Shown here: positions 13,466 through 27,007 of the stretch, one piece after another | Layout of the letters: each line of letters opens with the position of its first letter | How positions within the stretch are numbered: the first letter of the stretch is position 1 | Source of the DNA: Eledone cirrhosa | Lineage: Eukaryota | Direction of reading: 5' to 3' | Length of the DNA stretch: 64,000 nucleotides | NCBI GenBank assembly: GCA_964016885.1 | Contig: OZ024747.1 | Span: 36,146,001 to 36,210,000, forward strand | The notes under the pieces: generated by a model | What the model was told of the DNA's origin: nothing | Seen by the model: only the letters and a program-made list of their open reading frames with translations | Databases searched by the model: none | Made by a program: the position numbers and the translations under genes

Positions 13466-13633
13466 TATATATATATATATATATATATTTTGAGTTTATG
13501 TTGGTTGTATACCAACACCTCAGTATGCAGGCTGGAGCACTCGACGAAGTGCGCAGGTTGGTTTGGTTACTCCGGAGTAGTGTAAAATAAAGTTAAATAA
13601 AAGTCAAATGATTAAAATTTAGCTTCGTTTATT

Positions 13634-13688
13634 ACTGCTATATATATTTCAGTGACAGCCATCTTTGGCTGTGACCTCTTCAGGCAGT
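13634..13688 (-). ncRNA. Hammerhead ribozyme
   Basis: ACTGC-CTGAAGA-ggtcACAGCCA aaga TGGCTGTcact-GAAA-TATATA-TA|GCAGT. Confidence 0.85.
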
Positions 13689-13930
13689 TTGAATTAGTAT
13701 GGTATAGACAAGTACATATGTTGTTTAGGTGTATGATATTGTCAATACTCTGATATGCCCAGTTCCTTGTTGGGTTGTTAATTCACTGGGGAACTGGAGT
13801 CATATCTGGAGTCATATGACTCCAGTTCCCCAGTGAATTAACAACCCAACAAGGAACTGGGCATATCAGAGTATTGACAATATCATACACCTAAACAACA
13901 TATGTACTTGTCTATACCATACTAATTCAA

Positions 13931-13985
13931 ACTGCCTGAAGAGGTCACAGCCAAAGATGGCTGTCACTGAAATATATATAGCAGT
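13931..13985 (+). ncRNA. Hammerhead ribozyme
   Basis: ACTGC-CTGAAGA-stem II-GAAA-TATATA-TA|GCAGT-AATAAA; 5-bp stem I. Confidence 0.85.
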
Positions 13986-14029
13986 AATAAACGAAGCTAA
14001 ATTTTAATCATTTGACTTTTATTTAACTT

Positions 14030-14130
<101 letters not shown>

Positions 14131-14139
14131 TATATATAA

Positions 14140-17100
14140 TTGGAGGCTTAGTAAAATCGATTCTTTGGCGGTGTGCAAGCAAATTCGACCTACGATATGA
14201 ATGAGTTAGCAAAGCACTCGACAAGGTAGATACTTAGAGTAATAACATACGTTTAAATAGCTTGACAAATTGAACATTGTGGTATGCAAAATCTAACACA
14301 CAATACCAAAGTAACGAAAGAACTAACAGGTTGAGAAAAAATACACCTGGACAAATCAAACGTTATACGTTTAAAAGTTTACTGTGTTGTATCAGATGAA
14401 AGAATGGTATTTAACTAATGTATTGGTACGCGATTGGGCCCACACACAGCCCCGCCGGAGAGAATGGAGAAGGCGTTTCCCCGGAGAACGGCAACTGAGA
14501 CGCGCTGGAAAAGCCACTCCAACTCGCGGAGTTAGGAGTAAGGAGGTAGCCCTGGTGCCGAGGACACCAGAAATTTACACTGCCAGGGGAACGACCGCAA
14601 ACCTGTCGGAGAGCAACCGGTATTTGAGGAGTTTAGCCCCCTCGGCCCGACGTGCAGTAGAACGTGGGTCAGTCGCAGACTGCACCAGGTTGCGGTTGCA
14701 GAAAGTGTCGGTGCAAGTGGCATTCCAGACGAGGGCGAGCCTCAGGGAAACGCCGATTCGTAGGCTATGGTTGTCTAACTGCGTGCCAGTGGAGAAGGAG
14801 GGCAGAGCATGGAGCCAGGCACCACTGTGGGGTTTGGAGGCCGCAAGAAAACTAGCAAAGTGTTGCTGGTCGAGCTGGCGCGTGAGCCTGTCTGGGGCCA
14901 GGCTACAATGGATGGCATCCCAAGTGCGTTGGGGGGACTTGACATCAACAGGGGGAGAAGAATGAGGGACGTCTACTGGGCTAAGTCCCAGCCGCTCCCA
15001 CGTCTCACAGGCGGCCTCGCGTTCTCTGAACACAGAGAGATCTGTTGTGTTTTGAAGAACCCTGCTGACGAGGACGTGGCACGAGGTTACCGACGAAAGA
15101 TACGCCGGCAAAGCTAGTGAGATTCGCAACCGGAGGCCTAGGCCGCCATACCTGACCGGTAATGTGCCCTGTTGCCACCCTATGTCACACTTGACGTTGC
15201 ATATCCCCTCGGCTGCTGCTCGGATACAAGTATCGAGGTCAGCGACGAGAGATGTCTGAGTGAAGCATGGAGCGCTGCGGAGTGTATAGAGGAGCTTCGG
15301 CATGGTGAAGCAGTTCCTCAGCAGAAAGAGAGCTGGGTGGCCGTCAATCAAGCCCAGTCGGCTCGTGATAGTCTGGAGCTGTGGAAGCCTGGACCTGATG
15401 GTGGAGCGGATGGCCGGTGGATGGATTGGTGACCCGAGGCTGAGGACATCCTCTTTGGGGGTCACGTGAACCTGGCGGAGAATGGATCGCACGTCCAAGA
15501 CGGAGGCTGCAAAGCTCGCAGCATCGAGGCTGGCGTACACCACCTCCGACTTGGCCGAGTTGACCTGGAGGCTGATTCCCGCCAGGGCAGGAATCACCGA
15601 TTGAAGGTCTTGGCAGACCGTCCGTACGGGCCCGCCCAACGTAACATCATCCAGATACCAAACGTTGAGAGGGGCCGTGCACTCCGAGCGATGTTGTCAA
15701 TACCAAGGGCGAACAGGAGGCTCCCAAAGGTTCGCCCTGTTGGACCCCAGTAGCCGAGGGTATGACCGTATCAGCAGCTAGGAGCATGCTCGGGGTTCCA
15801 TATGACAGATACGCCAGCGGGGACGCAGAGGAGGCTCAGCTAAGGCAGGCCTCGAACAGATGATCCCGGCGTAAAGGTTTAAAGGCATTCATCATGTCAA
15901 GCTTGACAATGAGGTGCCTGGAGTCCCTTGATGCCGGTACCGGTGGGCAGCAGCTGAAGAACTGCCTGATTGCATGAGGGGCTCCCTCACAGGCACCGGA
16001 CACGCCGACACCCGGTTGCACCGGACTAAACTCCTCACCCAGTTCGTGTGTGACGGACTTGCAGATCACCTTGCCAGCCAGCCTCAGGTAGATATTGCCC
16101 ACAGCAATGGGGTGTATGCCACCCTCGTTCTTCATGAGAGCGGTGAACCTGGCCGAAAAAAAGAGGCCTTGGACGTGAGGGTCGAGGGCACCATGAACGT
16201 GCCTATTGGTGAGCGTCACAATTGCACTCAGAAGGCGGCGCCCGGTCTCAGCGGAGAGGGTTTTGTCAACTCCTTGAGGTGGCCTAGTCGGAGACCATCA
16301 ACACCTCCGCATCTGCTAACTGGGAAGGACCTGATGACGGAAATGATATCTGCATCAGTAGCCACAACGAGCAGGTGGGCGTCGGGTGGGGGTATGGGTC
16401 TGAGATCAGTGGGTGGCTCAGGTTGTTTGAGCTGCAGAGCAGCCAGGATCTCCTCGGTGGGTTGGAGGACAGTGTCCTCTGAGGCAACAACTCTGACTGC
16501 GGCCGAGACATCACCCATGATAAGCTTTGCGTTTACTTGGTCGCGCAAACGCTTGGTGCTGTCCTCGGGGCTTGAGGATAGGGGTTACCTGAGGGTGGGG
16601 TGTGTGGCGTCCCTGGGCATTCTTGGAATGGGCGCTCGCCCAAATGACGAGACATTGGCCTTGACGAAGGCTGCTGTTGACCGGCCGCCCGGGTCAGTAC
16701 CAGAGTTGGAGAGGCCGAGGGCGAGTAGGGCGAAATAGAACAGCCGCTCCCAGTCACTGGTTCGATTCGAGTCCAGGGCGCTCTCAATCGAGAAACGAGG
16801 GCATCGGCTACGCGCACCCGTGCCGCTCTCAGGATCCGGAGTGGGATCTACCGGAGCCTCCTGATCCGAGCGATGTTGACCAGCGAGGCTCGGCCGTCAG
16901 GCAAGTTCGCTGTCCCATCTGGTGGTATGCCAGATGGCTGTGGCTGGGAAGACGTGGGGAAGAGGCAGCTCTTGCACCTCCACGCTGTGAGGGAATTGGA
17001 AGCTCGACGAGTCAAGCCAACGCAGGTGAGGTGGTGGAAGCAGCCGCACCCCAAACAGTTCCGGCCCCTCTTCTGTTTGTTAGTGGTGCCGCAAGTGATG

Positions 17101-17450
17101 CAGGTGTCGATTTGGAGGGGTGGGGGGAAGCGTGGGGCCGGGGACTGGGGTACCGAGTGGCATCCGGGTTGGGTGGCTGCTGTGTGTGGGGGGAAGGGAA
17201 AGTGCTGGTAAGAGGGCAGCATAGCTCACCTATATATATATGGAGGTGCCAGAAAACGAGAGCGAAAAGGGGCTACATGGAGGGGAAGACACAGGTCGGT
17301 AGACTGGTAGTTAATGAATGAGTGAATGGATGTACACGCAAAAAGAGGGGGAGGGGGGACTAGGGGTTGTTCCCAGCGGAAAGACCCAGAGTTCAGCACG
17401 CACACATGCGAGCAACTGAGCAGTTTGTCATAGACGATATTCTCAATGGA
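14140..17450 (-). mobile_element. CRE/SLACS-clade non-LTR retrotransposon (PHD-like finger, RT, restriction-like endonuclease), frameshifted
   Basis: N-terminal CxxC..CxxC..HxxC..WxCxxC (16848-17222); RT motifs IHPIAVG, KLDMMNAF, VQQGEPLG, WYLDDVTLGG and LPVRYGGLG; C-terminal FAVVPLAV and RGNAFSIL. Confidence 0.85.
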
Positions 17451-17682
17451 CGCGCTAACAATATTTGAATATAACTGAACCGTCGTGTCATTTAATTTGA
17501 AATGTGGAGCAAAGTAAAAGGAAAATAATGAATTTGGAGTGTCAATCCCTTGTGATTTTTTTTTTTTTCATTACCGGACATACAGTTTTCCAGGATTTAT
17601 ACTCATTTTATTTATTTTTTAAGTGTTTCTATGAATCCGAAATCAATATCAGACTTACGTAACTGGCATATATATATATATA

Positions 17683-18200
17683 TAAGGAGAAGCGAAGTAG
17701 TTTCAGATGTTCTAATCCTTTAATAATAATTGTTTCTACCTTTGGCACAAGGCCATCAATTACCTAGTACATTACTGGTACTTTATTTTAATAAAGCTGT
17801 CATATATATTTCAGTGACGACACTGGCCACACTGTTCTGTGTGCGAGTGTCGTGTCATCATCAGACAGCTTGTTACATAATAAGGTTATGTTTCCGAGGC
17901 AATCCAAATTGGATCGACAAAGGAGCGGATGAAAAACCCTAAAACACGCAATTCATCCGTTCCTTTGTCGATCCAATTTGGATTGCCTCGGAAACATAAC
18001 CTTATTATGTAACAAGCTGTCTGATGATGACACGACACTCGCACACAGAACAGTGTGGCCAGTGTCGTCACTGAAATATATATCACAGCATTATTATTAA
18101 AGGATTTGAACATCTGAAACTACTTCGCTTTTCCTTATTCGTCACTCCTATGTGGTAAAAGCACGTTGAGTGCTTGAATTGAATTGCATCAATATTTACC

Positions 18201-18203
<3 letters not shown>
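17683..18203. mobile_element. Foldback HHR element with a SINE fragment inserted in the left arm
   Basis: 17683-17933 mirrors 17952-18137 except for the SINE 3' fragment at ~17727-17790; flanked by (TA)n. Confidence 0.85.
18016..18089 (+). ncRNA. Hammerhead ribozyme with extended stem II (mirror at 17796-17869 has a non-cleavable AUG triplet)
   Basis: GCTGT-CTGATGA-tgacACGACACT...AGTGTCGTcact-GAAA-TATATA-TC|ACAGC. Confidence 0.85.
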
Positions 18204-18244
<41 letters not shown>

Positions 18245-18460
18245 TATATATATATATTCATATATATATATATATATTCATATATATATATATATTCATA
18301 TATATATATATATATTCATATATATATATATATATTCATATATATATATATATATATTCATATATATATATATATATATTCATATATATATATATATATT
18401 CATATATATATATATATATATTCATATATATATATATATATATATTCATATATATATATA

Positions 18461-18515
<55 letters not shown>

Positions 18516-18558
18516 TATAGGAATAACCACAGAGTGCTTATGAATACATAGTTTTATT

Positions 18559-18604
18559 AGCTAACAGTGTTTCATCCATTCACCATGGCAAGATCTTTAG
18601 AGCT
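18559..18604 (-). ncRNA. Decayed hammerhead at the 3' end of a ~2.2-kb (TA)n-bounded element (~18520-20750)
   Basis: AGCT-CTAAAGA(core mutated)-tc...ggat-GAAAC-act-GTT|AGCT-AATAAA. Confidence 0.5.
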
Positions 18605-19952
18605 TATAAACATGAGTATATCAGTAGTTGCATGCTCCATCGAGCTGCATCACCAGAACAAGTTTAAATGACCAGCAGGGGGGTCCCGAGACTAGCGCTA
18701 AAGACATAATACATGATGCATATAATGTCATAAAATCTGTTAAATTTTTAAAATTTAAAAATTAAAAGTTACACCAAAAATCTATCACTTATATGGTGCA
18801 ATAGATGATAAAGAGGTTGGGAGAGGGTAGCAAGGGATAAGTGAGTGTATTACTCAACATGGTCAGAAAATACAAGAAAAATAAAATAAATAAAATAAAT
18901 CAGTACAAAAATACAGGGATAAGAGAAGAGATAAATACAAAAATACAAACAATTAATGAACAAAAAGTCAGGAAACCCCCCAAAAAACATAAGACAAAGC
19001 AAAGCGTGGATGCATTTAAGCTAAGCACAACAGTGCAAAATGGGGTGTACAGGCAGAGTTTCCAAGCATGAGTCTGTGAAAAGAAATGTTGGTTAGTAGT
19101 AATACAGCCTTACATGTATGATAGTTCATATGAGTGATGGTGTACTCCAAGTATATCGCCCTGTAATAGGTCGATTCTCCTTATCATATCCGCACCCCAC
19201 GAACCACATCGATATGTTCCAGTTCCGAACTCTATTTTTTCAAAACCTACAGGCAGGGGATTTATCACCATATGCGGTCTGGGATATACACCTAAAATCT
19301 ACAGCAAAAAATAAAATAATAGAAAGAAGGTACGACGAGTTAAGGAAAAGTATGGCACATATACAGCCGGCACAGATGTGAGGAAATGGAAAACATTCGG
19401 TCACTTAATCCAACGTGCCAGGTGAAAATCACTGTATGTCCAAAGTATCGCACCGCATAGAACTGTACCACAGAAAATATAAATCGTGATGGCAATCCAG
19501 TCACACACAGTTAAAAGTGCACACAGGAACGTCAGCTTCCAGAATCACATATGGCAGAATGAATATATCTTGTTATAATAATAGGCGGGTTTATTATAGT
19601 GAGTGCAATATTCTGTAGGATATATAGATATATATAGAAAGGATAACTCACAAACAAATTCATTTATAATAGCCATGTTATTTATATTTCCGCCAGATTA
19701 TTAATCGCGAAGTGTGCAATCCATTCACAGTCGGGTGTGAATCCTCCTGGGTCGGCGGGAGTTCAATATCCAGTGCTGCACGTTGCCTTGAGTGTGGTTC
19801 AATAATTCATCAAAGCTGGAACAGAATTCTCATTCAACTAACTCCAAGTTTCCAAGATTCGTCTCACGCCATTGACACGCAGCAGCATTCTGAATATAAA
19901 CACAGGAAGTCGTAATGTACGTATGAAAGGTATGGCATGCAATTCACGTCAT

Positions 19953-20220
19953 AAAGGGCGGATTCATTTTATATCCAACGGTGTGCTAGAGGCAGGTTTT
20001 TTGTTTGATTCGAAGCCTTCGGTTATATAACCTCCCCTTCCCCCTAGGGCTAGGTAGATTTGGCGGCGCCCTGCCCACATGCCTTGCGTCAGAAAGGGCG
20101 GAATCATTTGATATCCAACGGTGTGACAGGGGCGAGTCTATTGTTTGATTCTAAACCCTCGGTGATCAACCTCCCCTTCCCTCTATGGCTAGGTCGATTT
20201 GGCGGCGCCCAGCCCACACG
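19953..20220. repeat. Two diverged ~140-bp tandem direct repeats
   Basis: AAAGGGCGGA..ATATCCAACGGTGTG..AACCTCCCCTTCCC..GATTTGGCGGCGCCC starting at 19953 and 20093. Confidence 0.85.
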
Positions 20221-20935
20221 ACTTGCTACCATAGTTCACTATACTAGGTTAGATCTATTACATACTCTAGGGTTAAGGTTAAGTATACCCCGATTGCCCA
20301 ATTCACGCGCTTTATAGCTGCAGCGGGGTTTTCTGGGCGTTCGACAGACTATAGTGCTGTCCTATCAGTTATCGCACAATGGGTGCGTTTATAAACCATA
20401 CCAACTTGGTTAGTGTGGGTATGCGCATATATAGGGTCATGCTGTGCTAGGTACAGCGAGAGGCCTTACGTGGGTTCCACCCCAGGGCTCCTGGCTTGTG
20501 GTCCAATAAAAATAACTAGGGTAGAGGGGGAGAAGAGTAAAAGAGGAGAGAGAGGAGAAGATGTATTAGAGTAGTCTATATGCACCTGAGGGGCAGTTAT
20601 CATCACAAATGGGCCAGGATTCAGTTCGGCGTGGTTTTACGTGGCCCGACAGGACGGATGTATGCATGTCCTACATCGTTAGCTACTTGGTCTAAAATAA
20701 GTTTTATGTACGGGCAAATACCAAGGGCAATATATCTATACTGATATATTTGTCAACGAAATATATATATATATAAAGAATTGGTATATCTACCAACATA
20801 TATATACAGATGCATATCTATGTTAGCAAATATATAGGTTTTGTCTTAGTAACTTTGTGGTTCAATGCAAGGGGATGCAGAACAATTATAATTATTTTCA
20901 TAATTCTCTTATTTTACATCTTTTATATATATATA

Positions 20936-21093
<158 letters not shown>

Positions 21094-21120
21094 GGTTAAA
21101 CCACAGTTAGTTCATCATAC

Positions 21121-21650
21121 CGAGAACAATTGTTTCACCTTAGCGCATCCCCAGCTCGTAATGGACATGGTTGTACGGAACAGGAAGGACAACCGTACGA
21201 ACGAGCATGCGCAGAAAAGATCACTTCACACTGGCAATACTAAAATGCGTGCGAGTGGTGTAAAGGAGATAACTTCGAAAGTCCGAAAAATGTCTAATTC
21301 ATAAGAAAATAAGGATGTTATTGTAATTCAATCCGGAGCTTTTTAGTTACTTAACAGGTGTTTCGAGACGGGTGGACAACGTGTGAAGAATCATTTCTCG
21401 TGTTTAGGTAATCGCTATTGCATAATCTCTTTAGAATATGTATTAGTTCATCAATACATAGTCCACACGACGGATTTCTCCTTGCGTATGGCTTGGACTT
21501 AGTGATGGCTTTCCATTGAATGGAGTAGTCCTTGAGGAACATACGTGGCTCGCGAGTTTCGTGGACGAACGTCTGTCCGGGTACCTAAAGGTCGACTGGT
21601 GGTTCAGGAAGCGTTCCTTAAATCGGCCCTCTGCCATACCCACCAGGGTG
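21121..21650 (-). mobile_element. Penelope-like element 3' remnant: GIY-YIG endonuclease C-terminal half plus decayed HHR (21121-21158)
   Basis: GMAEGRFKERFLNHQSTF...TKLASHV / YSIQWKAI...CGLCIDE...LNTRND; downstream CGAG-CTGGGGA-..-GAAA-CAATTG-TT|CTCG. Confidence 0.8.
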
Positions 21651-23589
21651 CTCTTTCCATAAGCCCGAAGCTTGTCCCCCGTATGGACTATGTATTAATG
21701 AATGAATACATATTCTAAAGAGATTATACATATATACATACACGTAATGTATACAACACGTATTTTTCATCAGATCACGTTATTAATCAAATAATGTTCT
21801 TTATAAAAAGAATATTTAACATCAAATTAGTGGAAACGATTGAAATACGTGTAGTTAAATGTTATATTTTAGTTAATATAGCTGTGGATTTAAAGAGGAA
21901 ACCGTATGACTGATATCAATAAAGTGATAATCTCAGAAGACTATTCTTTTTAACGTTTTGTACATCGTCTTACTTTCTCCTAATAATCGTTCGGAACGAC
22001 TTGAATATTATTACTTGTATTTTACGTTTCGTTGTCTACCGTATTCGGTGATATCTTAGGAAACGATTGACACACAAACATCAATTGCCATCTTCTAACG
22101 ATCATCTACAGCAGTTCACAGTTCTCAGGTGAAACTGCACTTACATATTCACGATGAAATCAACTTATATTTGTTTACATTAGAAAGTTGATTTATTGAA
22201 TGGTTATTCTTTACGTCTCGACAAGTAATGTAAATATTTGTTCAAGTCGCAATGGCTGGCTATAAATTAAAGAAAATAAAAAGCCAAAATGAGAGCTTAC
22301 ATCTAATTCTAAAAGCTATACGGATCGATACAATTTTTCATTCATTAAACACCACGGAAAACTATGATTTCGAAAGAACTGATATCTTTCTCTGTAAGGG
22401 TAATTTAATTCTAAATTATATCTTTATGTTACAGAAGCGTGTAAACTGTGTATTTATATGGTGGTCGAATTTTATCGGTTGCCAAATACTTCCAATGATG
22501 GGTTCGTTTATATTTCAAATAGTCAATGTGATTTAAGTCAATGCTCACCTTTCCATTCGAATAAAAACACATTTAATTTGCTATATGAAATCGTACTGAT
22601 AGTTCTTATAACCGATAACTGAACTGAAGTATATGAACTCCATTTAAATGGATGCATATGTTTTGATGTTTGTTTGTTTGTCTTTTTGTCAATGTCGATG
22701 TAAGTATGAGCGCCAATGCTCAATAGATACGTACTTTACTGTGGGGTTTGCATCGGTAGAAAGACATATATTTCAAAAGATTGATGAAGTATGACTTAGT
22801 TTACTACTTAATGTCACGAATCATAAAGTAATTGAGGTTAAACTTCGCAAACTTTTCAATCAATAATATAGTTTTCCGAAATTGTACTCGATTCGTATAT
22901 TCGCAATAACGTTTAAATCAGTTGCAACTAGTCTCTCTGTTGCAATATAAGGTTTGTGATTACGCCATATAGGAAGACGATGCATATGCTAGTTTGGGTA
23001 TTATTAGATTGTAAATGAAAATGACGTGTTCGAATGTTGGTGTGAAGATGATAGTTATTATCAATATGAATTACACATTCGTATTGTTGGAACCGTTTTC
23101 CAGTATTTATCTGAACAAACTAGATTGCTGTCAGTCTCCGAATCCATCCATGACAGCTTGCAATTTTTTATGGTGTCATGAATGAAGATTTGCCTACGTG
23201 TTCCTTGAATTTATATATATAAGATTGCAAATGACAAAAATTGTTACAATGTTGGGAATAATGCACAGGGAAAAGCAATTTCCAGAAATATCTACATATG
23301 AACTCATAAAACAATCACAGCATAAGATGTGAGAAAACTAAAGACAGAGTCACACAATGCCGTTATAAATTGATAGTTAGCCATTAGTTATACCTGATAA
23401 AACTAACCAAAACATCAACATTATAGTCAATATCTACTAATATATAGTCAATATCTACTAATATATCGAAAATATCAGAATGTAAACAAATGTTTGCCAA
23501 GAATATCTGAGTAGTTGTTGAAAATTGAATGCATTGCAACTGTTTCCGCAAATTAGATTCTAAATTTAAATAACTGAAAGTAAAGAGTC

Positions 23590-24760
23590 TGCCGTCAGAC
23601 TTGTAAGACGCGTCTACTACTCAATCGCTTTCGCAACAGCCACAAGACAAATAAACCACCAGTCCTTCTCGGCCAAACGAAAGCGGCAAAGCGATCATCA
23701 CAAAGGAATCGGCGATATCCGAATCCATATTCTACGTGACAATCGCTGTTCGACAAAATTACGTAAGTCAGTAATGCTTGGATACGAAACTTGTCCGTTT
23801 AGAATGCCGTTCTTATTCATCATATATCTCGGAGAGGTCCGTCTGACCTCATATTTCTATACCCTAGGTAGCAATGTCTGACCAGAAATATTTAGAATTT
23901 GTCCATAGTAACCGGATGTTCTTCCGAACAGACTAGTTAATTTGTTGCTGTCGACGCTGAGATTGTTTTCTCCGAGAACCTCGTCGCACTTTCCCCCCAT
24001 TAGTCTTCTTTGGAATGCTAACGTCGAATTTCAACTGACCACATGCTCGACTGGTAGAAGGCAAAGAGTGTTTTGCCGTATTCCAAATACCAGTGCCCCA
24101 TTTTCAGTCTTCTTCTGACCAAACGCTCCTGCTCTGTCAAGGACATGAACTGCTAGATGTGGTTCAGAACGTTCAAACATGCCTTTGCAACGTTCAGTAA
24201 TATAAGTAAATGCCATTGTCCCAGCACATTTTTGCGTAACCTCAGCCACCGATATCCACGATTTACGCGTTTCCACTATCGGCCCATTTAGTCAGATTTA
24301 GTCGATTCGTCCATGCAGGGTCCAATGACGGAGCTGTTGAAGGAGAAGTCCCTGTCTTTCTAGCAGCCGATCTGCAAAGCTTCTGACTTTTCCGAGTACA
24401 TTTCTGCTCACTCTAAAGTTTCGTGTTCTTCTAAGAAATCGCCAGCTACATTGATATCTGAGCTATTCAGGATCGTTGGTGATATCGTCTACATAGGCCG
24501 CCTTAGCCCTTTTCTACTCACGTTTGAGTAGGATTCACTTCAAAAGTTCCAGATTCAGCAGTAATGGTTCTTGGGTCAACACACTGGGAAGGGAGGAGGA
24601 AGAGAGAGAGAGCATTATATTCTGATGGATCGTGTAAACTGAAAGTGTTTGATAGGTGACCATTTACTCTGGTCACGGAGCAGATGGTGCTGTGCATTAA
24701 ACAAATCCAACCTCAATGAGCAAGTAAGAGTACAACGAACACAGCCATTCGCCATATTTT
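23590..24760 (-). mobile_element. Heavily degraded L1/Tx1-like LINE RT remnant
   Basis: Manual minus-strand reading gives SVTRVNGHLSNTF..TRSIR, EPLLLNL, AAYVDDIT (24481-24500) and SEKSEALQIG in the expected order, broken by stops. Confidence 0.6.
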
Positions 24761-24785
24761 AGTACTATCTGTCTACAAAATACAT

Positions 24786-24929
24786 AGAATCTCAGAGGTA
24801 TATGCGCTTTTCACAACTTCTTTAACAACAAATATTATTTCGAGGAAGAAATATATATATATATTTCTTCCTCGAAATATTATTTGTTGTTAAAGAAGTT
24901 GTGAAAAGCGCATATACCTCTGAGATTCT
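24786..24929. repeat. Hairpin with ~65-bp arms and a (TA)n apex
   Basis: AGAATCTCAGAGGTATATGCGC...GAGGAAGAA(AT)nTTCTTCCTC...GCGCATATACCTCTGAGATTCT. Confidence 0.85.
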
Positions 24930-27007
24930 GAGCATGGGCAGTTTCTAACTAATATGGACATATTGCGTGAGAGACAGGAAACGAGTGACAGAGAACAGAG
25001 AGGGAAAGATATGAATAGAGAGAGAGAGACATAAAGAGAAAGAGAGAGAGAGGAGAAGAGAGAGGGAGAGAAAGTGTGAGAGACAGAGACAGAGAGAGAG
25101 GGGGTCATAGAGATTTAAAGAGACAGATATTTAGATAGCACTAATCAAATGGCACTACAAACTTCTATTTATAATGTGATAGTTATTCGTTGATCAGAGT
25201 AAATAAACATATGGAAATATATACCATGACATCATTTCAAACGTGCTGACAGATAGGAAGACATTAAATTGAATAAAATATTTCTACTATATTCCACGAT
25301 GTTTTAGTAGTTGTAGTTTCATGGATATTTCAAAATCATCACCATATTGGTTCTATATAACACAGGTAAAGCAAGGATCTAGTCATACATTAAACACATC
25401 ATACCATCTTTATAGATTCTTATATATTTTAGAAAGCTATTAATTATACTCTTCTTAATACTAAACTATAGCAATGACATGAGAAGATATACACTGTTAT
25501 TGATATGTACCTAAAGCTAGATATCTTGCATTGAATATACCAGACACTTGCGTGTGTACCCAAGCAATGGGAAAGACGCCATATGACGAGCTAAGAGAAA
25601 TGCCTTTCACAATTATCGAATTAAATTAATCAGAGTTTGGTTTCGACAACAATATTTGCGTCAGCTAATTTAAGATATCGATTTTCTTTCTATGGAATAG
25701 GAAGAAGCAATAGAAAATTGACTTTAGATTCAAAAGGTTGAACATTTACAATTTGCACTTTAAATATAACCCAAAGTGAGAATGACAAAATTAAGTTGCT
25801 AAATTTCCCGCTTGCATGTACTCAAGATATTTGACAGTTACACAATTACATGCACGCACATACACACGCACGAACACACACACACACACGCGTACATAAA
25901 ACTACTTGTGCACATTTAAACACAAACACTTATGTATTTATATCTCTCTCTCCATATATACATATGTGTGTGTGTATATATACTATATACTCACCCCCCC
26001 CCCACACACACACATATATATATATATATAATTAATTTAGTGAATGCTAAAGGTTTGGTGTGTCACTATTCCAAATTTGACGCTTGGCAATTTATCAGAC
26101 AACTAATGGAAAATTGAAATTTTAATGGACATTTCTTCTTCCGTTCGTTTACTTGGTCAATGTCGTTTGTGTGGTATCATCCTGTAGGGTAATTTCCTGC
26201 TACGATTTATAACGTTCCACAGGTTATCTACTTTATCATTATTCCTCTTTCTCTCTTTCACACACTATATATCTCAGTTTCTTACTATTGCAATTCTACG
26301 ACTACTACAAGTCTTATATACGGAGATTTTGCGTATAATAATTTTAGTATAATGGCTTGCTTCATATTCAGAGTGGGAAGGGGGAATATGTGGCATCATT
26401 TCAATGTCCTAATCTTCCAAGCTGATACATTTTACAGATGAAGAAAATGATTATTTTAAAACTGTTTATTAATGTGTAAATAGGATTTCGGAAAGATGCC
26501 ATATTATTGTTATTAATCAGAAAATAGCTTAACGTACGCAATTGCCTACAAACTGCACATGTTTTTATATGAAATATTATTCATAATATATTGTGCTTCC
26601 AGCATTTTTGCCCAGTGGAAGCGAAACTTTATCTTACTCGTATAGAGAATTGTACGATTATATATCATGTTTGGAAATGATTGCTGACTAAATCTAAAAA
26701 ATGTATTCATATATTAAAACCATCTCGTTTCTTTACTTGCTTCTTCCCGTGTTACCTTATTTATTATTATTATTATCCCTTGTGCCTAAAATAGAAACAA
26801 TTATTATACCACATTATTTCATGAAAGATATATTTTAAAAGTATTGTTAGAGGATATTGAATAGATTATACGATTAGTTTCAATCGACATTACGGATAAT
26901 TTTTTTATTTTTCTATTTAGTTTAATTTCTTTACAAAACTTGTACGAATGACTTCAATGTTTATGTATAATCAGCACGATGACAATTTTACATACCTGTT
27001 ATTCATT

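Noticed and set aside
14384-17321. Long plus-strand ORFs (193, 254 and 214 aa)
   Set aside because: They are antisense shadows of the GC-rich CRE-like element on the minus strand.
24031-24276. 81-aa ORF as a possible host exon
   Set aside because: It lies inside a degraded Tx1/L1-like RT remnant with stops in the neighbouring sequence.
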